This document shows, piece by piece, positions 57,101 through 64,000 of a stretch of 64,000 nt of DNA (position 1 is its first letter; each line of letters starts with the position of its first letter). A model generated the notes under the pieces. That model was not told the DNA's origin. It did no database searches and saw only the letters and a list, made by a program, of their open reading frames with translations. The position numbers and the translations under genes were made by a program. Source of the DNA: Podarcis pityusensis (Eukaryota); NCBI GenBank assembly GCA_964106645.2, contig OZ067041.1, one strand, 5' to 3'.

Positions 57101-59762
57101 TTGGGGCAGGGACGGGGGCAGGGGAGGAAACAAGTATAATAAAAGAACCTCAAAGTCTTGATCTGCTTAACCTGACATGAGTTTATGAAAAACAGTTTGC
57201 TCCAATGCTGTTGCTATCCTACCTCACAACTGAGAGAAGATGGAGGCCTACACTTAACTCGTGAAAAATCACTATCAGCAGAAACATGGAGATCATGCAT
57301 CCTACCCCTCATGGGCCATATTTCAGTAATATTACCTGAACTGGAGAGAGTAGAGGCCATCCATTCACAGCAAACAAAGAAGCCCATACACAAAGAAGCC
57401 AGAAAAATGTGACTAAGGCCTGTGATAGTCCGGAGGATGTGGGGATGGTAGCAAGGAGGAAGAATCAATGCCAGGGAAGGATTTCAGACCTCACTTGGGC
57501 AGTTCGGAAAAAGCTGAGAGGTCAGGTTTACTGATGTGCAGGGACCATTGTCATTTCAGCAAGGGTTCAACATACAGTTGCAAAACAGAAGAGGTACTCT
57601 CGCAGGAACATTGGCAGTGGGTAGATCTTACACAGAAGGAGGAAGGTGAAAAAGACACAGACAAAATGGGAAAGTAAGGAAAATACTGCCACAGAGGCTC
57701 TCCAAATGAACAGATTTCAGGTATCTCATAATGGCATCCATGGGAGTGTGGCTCTTTGGGCCAAATTCTACAACAGAGCCTTCTGTTTCAAAATATGTGA
57801 CTAAAGGTTTGGGGAACAGTCCAGTATTGTCAACTCAACCTGACGATGACTTTCCAAGGTCTCAAGTGGCAGTCTTCCACATCACCTGCTACCTGCAGAA
57901 TCTGCTACCTTTGTCACTGAAGATGGCAGGGATTGAGCCCAAGACCTTCTGAATGCAAAGGAGGTGCTCTTTAGCCCTATGATCCCTATGATGAGGGATC
58001 CTGATGTGGAGTGCACCCTGCTTCAAAGTGTCATTCCTACCACTTCAATCAGGCGTACCTGAGTGTAATATCCATGCATTGCAAATAGCTTGCCATGAGC
58101 CCGAGCTGTTCCAAAGGCTTTGTGTACAAAAGAACACCTGTCCCCGAGTTGTACGTAGGCTTCATTCCTAGAAAGTTCCACCATAACCCAATTCCTTTTC
58201 TCTGTTTTCTCCACGTCCCCCGCCTCCTCCTTTACTTAGTGACCTAGATTGCTTCGAAGAGGAAAGGGTTCAAGCTGGGGGAGTGGAGCACAGAAGCACT
58301 TTGCCAGCGCTGAGTAGCAAAGAAAGGCAGTGAGAGGCTGAAGAGAGATGGGAGGGTGTTTCCCTAAATGGATTTGCCCTTCTAATCCCTCCCTCCAAGT
58401 GAGGAGTAGGGATAAAAATGGATTGTCTACTTGTATGTGCATTTGCGTCCATGTGCAATAGATACACACACACACACATATGCCTTCCTGTGCCGGTGGG
58501 AATCTCCCATCTGAAAAACACACTGTATTCCGCAAAGAACAAATCCCTCTGCAACTCATCCGCTCTAATGCGCTGTGACAGAATACACTGAGAAGTACCG
58601 CAACATGCTTATCTATTAATATATGTTTGAAACAATCAATAATGCATGTGCTGCGATACTCGCTCTCTGCGCTTGGTCCTGATACATGCAGAAGCAAATC
58701 TGTCTGGAGAAGCAACTTAGTAAGCAAAATGGAGAAGGGGAAAAAAAACCACCACACCAGTATAGGAAAGCTCCAGCATAATTCCCAAGACAGTTGAAGG
58801 GTTCCTGGTTTGTATGCATAAAACTGCAGCATTTCATTTTCCCTCGCAAAGGCCAGTGCAAATGAACCCCAGAGCACGTGTGTGTGTGTGTGTGTGTGTG
58901 TATACTCCCGCCCTCTTTATATTCTTCAGGCGATTGGAGTGATCCCTTCCCATCATCCCTTCCTTCCTTGAGAAATTTGAAGCTGTCATTTTAAGTGGCA
59001 GGTTTTTGCTTTGTTATGTAACAGAGAGGCAAGAAACCCACATAAACTCCACGAAGAGACTTTGATCATGCAGAGGAATTGAAAGCAACTTCTTTCAGGT
59101 CCTGGCTTACTAGTGACAACCAGCAAGAGATCAAATACAAATGTTGGCACAAACAAGGAACAAGGGAACAAAACAGGCCTTTCCCAAAGCAAAGGCTGTA
59201 AAAGAATTTCAGCAAGGTCACCACGGTGTCAGAGCTCTCTTCAGTTTTATTGGACTACCAGTGGATAACAAGGTAACTGCCTACAGAGAAAGCCTTCTAT
59301 TGTTGCTCTACTTCTGTGGCTAAGCAGACTAGCTGGGAATTAGTTGACTTACAAAATATGATGCTTGCCTCCTACACCAATGAACCTTTCTTCTAAAGCA
59401 GCAGAGAAATGGAAGCATAACACCAAGGAAATAAGGAAAGAAACATACAATTCACACACTCCAACTGTTTCTTCTGCAGAATGTTTTCCCTCACAGCCAA
59501 AGCTAGGTAAGGGAAGGAATTCATTCTGCTTGCATTGTAAACTTGCACTGATGTGCAAATTCCCAACTCAACTTGCGAACTGAGACACAGCTATCCTTTG
59601 AAATTCAAACTCCTCCAAAATTTGGCGATGCAATTCTCTAACCAAAATAGTGCACATAAATGCATGTTGTAGTGAAAAGAACTTACAAAGCTACCCTGTA
59701 TTGAGGAAAATAGCTTGTGGGTGTTCATTTATTAGGTAAAATTACATAACAAAAAACATATA

Positions 59763-60003
59763 CAGTGGTACCTCGGGTTAATAACTTAATTCATTCTGGA
59801 GGTCCGTTCTTAACCTGAAACTGTTCTTAACCTGGGGTACCACTTTAGCTAATGGGGCCTCCTGCTGCTGCCATGCCGTCACCACACAATTTCTGTTCTC
59901 ATCCTGAAGCAAAGTTCTTAACCCGATGTACTATTTCTGGGTTAGTGGAGTCTGTAACCTGAAGCGTCTGTAACCTGAAGTGTCTGTAACCCGAGGTACC
60001 ACT
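59763..60003. mobile_element. Tigger-like MITE
   Basis: CAGTGGTACCTCGGGTTA...TAACCCGAGGTACCACT. Confidence 0.85.
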
Positions 60004-60540
60004 AAATCAGGAGAAATGCATGTGAAAAGGAGGACGTGGAAATTAAGGGTGGAAAAATGAGAAACTGGCAGAAACCAAAACTTATAGATTTCTCCATCCA
60101 TCCCTAGCCAAAGCCAGTCCAAAATACAAGAATGCTCTAGCATACATTCAGTGCTGTGAGCATTCACTGAAGATACAGCAAGATGATAAAAGTTTTGCAT
60201 TGCTGTGGATGACTGCGCCATATATTTGCAGACTTACTGCCTGTATCTAAACCTGAACTCTGATGTGTTATAAGTTGTACATGTTTAATACATAACTAAG
60301 AGTATAATGCCTTCTGTTAGACTCTACAGTAGTCAGTTGGTCTTCTACCATGTGTTTCTAGGGTTCAGTCATATTACATTTTCAGAAGTGTCTAATATCA
60401 TCTTTGTTCAGGAAACTTCACGTGAAGAGACAGTCACAAGATTTGGCAACAATACAGTGTGGCAAAAAATGTTTTGTTTTGTTTTTCCCTTTGAGAAATC
60501 CTTGCAATATATAAATTACAAAAGTTACTTAACTACCTAA

Positions 60541-60770
60541 AGGGAACCAGGCAGAGGAATAGGCAGAAGGCCTTCTCGGTAGTGGCGCCCTCCCTGTGGA
60601 ACACCCTCCCTTCAGATGTCAAGGAGATAAAGAACTACATAACTTTTAGGAGACATCCGAAGATAGCCCTGTATCAGGAAGTTTTTAATGTTTGATAATT
60701 TACTATGCTTTATATATGCAGTAAGCTGCCCTGAGTGGCTGGGAAAACCCAGCCAGTTGGGCAGGGTGTA

Positions 60771-60812
<42 letters not shown>
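60541..60812 (+). mobile_element. L2-clade LINE 3' fragment with (AAT)n tail
   Basis: Homologous to 10614-10885. Confidence 0.8.
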
Positions 60813-60813
<1 letters not shown>

Positions 60814-63349
60814 GAAATTCAGCTACTCCAGAGCTTCATCAAACAATCTCTATTCCTGAACTTTGTATTGAAGGCACTGCCGCCACATGGCAATCTTATC
60901 ACACTTCTTCACATCTCTGTTAAGTCTGCCAACAAGGAGGGCAATTATGGTCAGCTGAGATTCATAATGAGGATGTTGTTCATTAAGTATTAGAGGGAGA
61001 CCACCCAGTCATTTTTAACAACTATGGAGCCATTAAGCGGTATATATTTATTAGAGCAGTAGAGCCCAAAGAACAGCACATTACAAAAGTTGCCATACTC
61101 TATTGCAAAAAGACAATGAAATGATTAGTGAACTTGTATCAGAGACTTGTAGCCAAAAAAGAATTTGGCTAGCATTGATCCAGTCTGTGGACCACCCATT
61201 AGCCACTCCAGGTCTAAATTATGGTACTTGGGTGATAAGGTACCTGATAAGGAAGGGCTCCCAGTTGCAGGAAGGTTTGTCACTGTGCTTTTCCAAATGC
61301 ACTTAGAAATCCACTTTATACATTCCTAGTCGACTCAGGAAGCTTGGGAACAAAGTGAATTGTGAACATTTGCTCCCCCTTCCCAAAACTCTATTTTGAA
61401 TGTCTCTTTCCGGAATGAGGAACTGAGATTTTTAAATTAAGTTTTAATTGGTGGGAATGAGAATCAGAAATAGGAGTAAGAACCAGATTGATCCATCTGA
61501 AAGGCATCCTTTCCCCTTCACCCTGACTTGGGTGAGAGGACGGGTCCTTTGAACTCTTCCTCTGTCTCCCCATCTCTCTTTATTTCAACATTCATGGCCT
61601 GCTTCTTTGGATGTTGACTTGGCAGTGCATCCCACTGTCTTCAACGGGACTTGCTCCCAATTGGAGAAGTACATAGGACTGAAACCTAAATTATGCAACC
61701 CAAAATTGGATAGTTTCTAAAATGTTCTCATACTTCGGGCATTTCTTTGTGATGGATTTTCAATTTTCATTAAGAGACTTGATAACCACAGACCACAAAT
61801 TAATTTGTTTGAGCTCGAGCCATTTAGCAAAGATTTGCATTCCATACAGCCTGTGTTGGAGATGGGGAACCCCTTTCTGCCCAATAGTCACTTTCCCTTC
61901 TGGACAACCTTGTGAGGTGGGACATGCCAGTGGTGGGTGGGATCAGAGGCAAAAATGGACAGAGCAATTCATGCCAATTTTACCTCTGTGCACTGAGCTA
62001 ATTTTCACAGACACACCCCTCTTTAGTCTCCTTGCAGGCAAGCACAAAGCATTATGGGAGTTCAAGGACACATTGCAATCAGGCAGAAACACTCAGAGAG
62101 GGTGCAAAGCAGGACAGGTGATGGGCGTTGCCTGAGGAGAAGGGGTGTGGCCTAAGGAAAGTCCCAAGGGCCACATCTGGGCCTGAGATCCCCCTTCCCT
62201 GCTTTATGGCATATGCATCTGATAGTGAAGGAAGGGTAACAAATTTAATCATGATAAGATGTGCTGTGGTCAGGGCCAATGATCCTATTTTGCTGTTTGA
62301 GGCAAATCAGGAAGTGCCGGCCGCTGCTACCTGTGGTGCTGGCAGAGAAGGGATGCCGGCACTGGCACTGATTTCAGGGGAGATCCCCACCGAACGGCTG
62401 TGGTAGCCTATGGTATCTGGCCACATGCAGGAAAATACAAAGAAGGAATAAATTCGTTTGTCCTTTGCTCATCCTTATTCTTCCGTGTGTTTCCAGAATT
62501 TAAGCACTGTGCCACACCCTGGAAACCAGAAGCATGAAATCACACACACACACACAAGTTTATTTCTGCAGCCTCAATAATACAGGCACAAATTATAATG
62601 CCAAACCCTTGAATGTTCACAATATATCAAATGGCAGGACGTATCTTTGCTTTCCATGTTGCGCATGTCACCTTTTCATTCATAAAAGACAAGTCGTATC
62701 TTTAATCACTCTGCCAGAATAACAGCACTCGACTGCTTGCGTTATCAAACACTATTGGAAAAGTCTAGATAAGGAAGGCTGGGCAACCCCAGCCAATTAG
62801 TATTCCACACACAGCCACCTCCTCGTAAGCAAGAGTCATTGGTATCCCAGCAACCCTTAACTTTTCATTCTCCCTGGATTGCCGGATCTTTATCAAAATA
62901 TAATTACATCCCTCATTTGGAAGATAAATTTTGATAGCCTGTGCCATGCCCAAATAAATAAAATCTGCGAGTGCTAAGATTCCACGGTTACAAACACCTG
63001 CATGCATCAAGGCACTTAGGTGGCCTCCTACCTTGTGGAAAGATTTGTTTGGTCTGCAGCATCTCCCACCTTCGCATTGATGGCTGAGGTTAAATCTTCA
63101 AATGTGGCAACAAGCTGAAAGTCGGCCCGGTCTCACATCCAGTTCCCAACTGCAGCAAGCCAGAGGACTCTGGGATGCCTGCAGCAGGACAGGAAGGAAG
63201 CAGGCCTTCTCCCACTTTCCACCCCACTACCATTCCAAGGTATACTGCTTCTGAACCTGGAGGATCCATTTACCTATCAGGGTAAAATCCCATGATAGAG
63301 CCGACATCCATTCATTTGATAAAACTCAGGAAATGCCTCCGTTTGGAAA

Positions 63350-63490
63350 CATAGAGTCACAGAGTTGGAAGGGACTGTGAAGGACATCAAATCCAACCCC
63401 CAGAAATGCAGGAATCTTTTGCCCAATGTGGGGCTTGAACTCATGCCCCTAGGATTAAGAGTCTTATGTTCTACCTATTGAGCTAACCCC
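63350..63490 (-). mobile_element. tRNA-Lys(CTT)-derived SINE with CR1-like tail
   Basis: The reverse complement of 63421-63485 resembles tRNA-Lys (TAGCTCA..GGTAGA.CAT.AGACTCTTAATC...GTTCAAGCCCCAC.TTGGGC), followed by a CR1-type ...ccttccaactctgtgactctatg end. Confidence 0.65.
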
Positions 63491-63523
63491 CGATAATTCA
63501 AAATAAATAGTAGTACAGTCATA

Positions 63524-63867
63524 AAAAGGACCCCAGATCATTAGGTCCAGTCATGGCCGACTCTGGGGTTGGGGCACTCATCTCGCTTTATTGGCCGAGG
63601 GAGCCAGCGTACAGCTTCCGGGTCATGTGGCCAGCATGACTAAGCCGCTTCTGGCAAACCAGAGCAGCACACGGAAATGCCGTTTACCTTCCCACCGGAG
63701 CGGTACCTATTTATCTACTTGCACTTGACGTGCTTTCGAACTGCTAGGTTGGCAGGAGCAGGGACCGAGCAACGGGAGCTCACCCCGTCACGGGGATTCG
63801 AATCGCCGACCTTCTGATCAGCAAGTCCTAGGCTCTGTGGTTTAACCCACAGTGCCAGCCGCGTCCC
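63524..63867 (-). mobile_element. Sauria SINE (Squam1/POM-like), full length
   Basis: Minus strand starts GGGACGCGGCTGGCACTGTGGGTTAAACC with a B-box-like GATTCGAATCC; 13-bp TSD TAGTACAGTCATA at 63511-63523 and 63869-63881. Confidence 0.88.
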
Positions 63868-63873
63868 TTAGTA

Positions 63874-64000
63874 CAGTCATACCTCAGGTTAAATATGCCT
63901 CAGGTTGAGTGTTTTCAGGTTATGCTCCATGGCGACCTGGAAGTAATGGAATGCGTTACTTCCTGGTTTCGCCACTCGCGCATGTGCAGATGCTCAAAAT
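63874..64000. mobile_element. Tigger-like MITE, runs off the window
   Basis: TA-CAGTCATACCTC start, homologous to 16378-16591. Confidence 0.75.

Noticed and set aside
58236-58877. 213-aa minus-strand ORF
   Set aside because: Non-ATG start, translates a (TG)n tract, no recognisable motif, and no in-frame donor to NHS exon 2 found.
63421-63490. Possible tRNA-Lys gene
   Set aside because: Multiple stem-breaking substitutions and an attached CR1-like tail indicate a SINE head, not a functional tRNA.

Overview
AT-rich vertebrate DNA from a squamate, most likely a lacertid lizard (it carries a Sauria/Squam1-type SINE). Two spliced genes lie in tandem on the minus strand. (1) The 3' part of NHS (Nance-Horan syndrome actin regulator): 8 coding exons from 48805 to the stop at 26908, a long 3'UTR to about 22.4 kb, and exon 1 beyond the right edge. 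(2) A complete 12-exon BEND2 gene (ATG at 20076 in a CpG island, stop at 7763, about 730 aa, two C-terminal BEN domains). All exons were traced by hand with GT-AG sites and consistent phases. Main finding: BEND2 exons 4-7 encode an acidic/coiled-coil block that closely resembles the N-terminus of eutherian SCML1 (sequence recalled from memory), and the gene sits where SCML1 sits in human, directly after NHS on the same strand. This suggests SCML1 is a BEND2-5'/SCML2-SAM chimera created by an inversion, with the lizard gene as the unsplit ancestor. Other observations: a candidate mutually exclusive NHS exon, an isolated exact 28-bp intronic duplicate, an inverted MITE pair around two NHS exons, and a MYB/NRF1/E2F motif cluster in the BEND2 CpG island. 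The rest is transposon-rich: TA-flanked MITEs, hAT MITEs, three probable solo LTRs, L2-clade LINE fragments and two SINEs.
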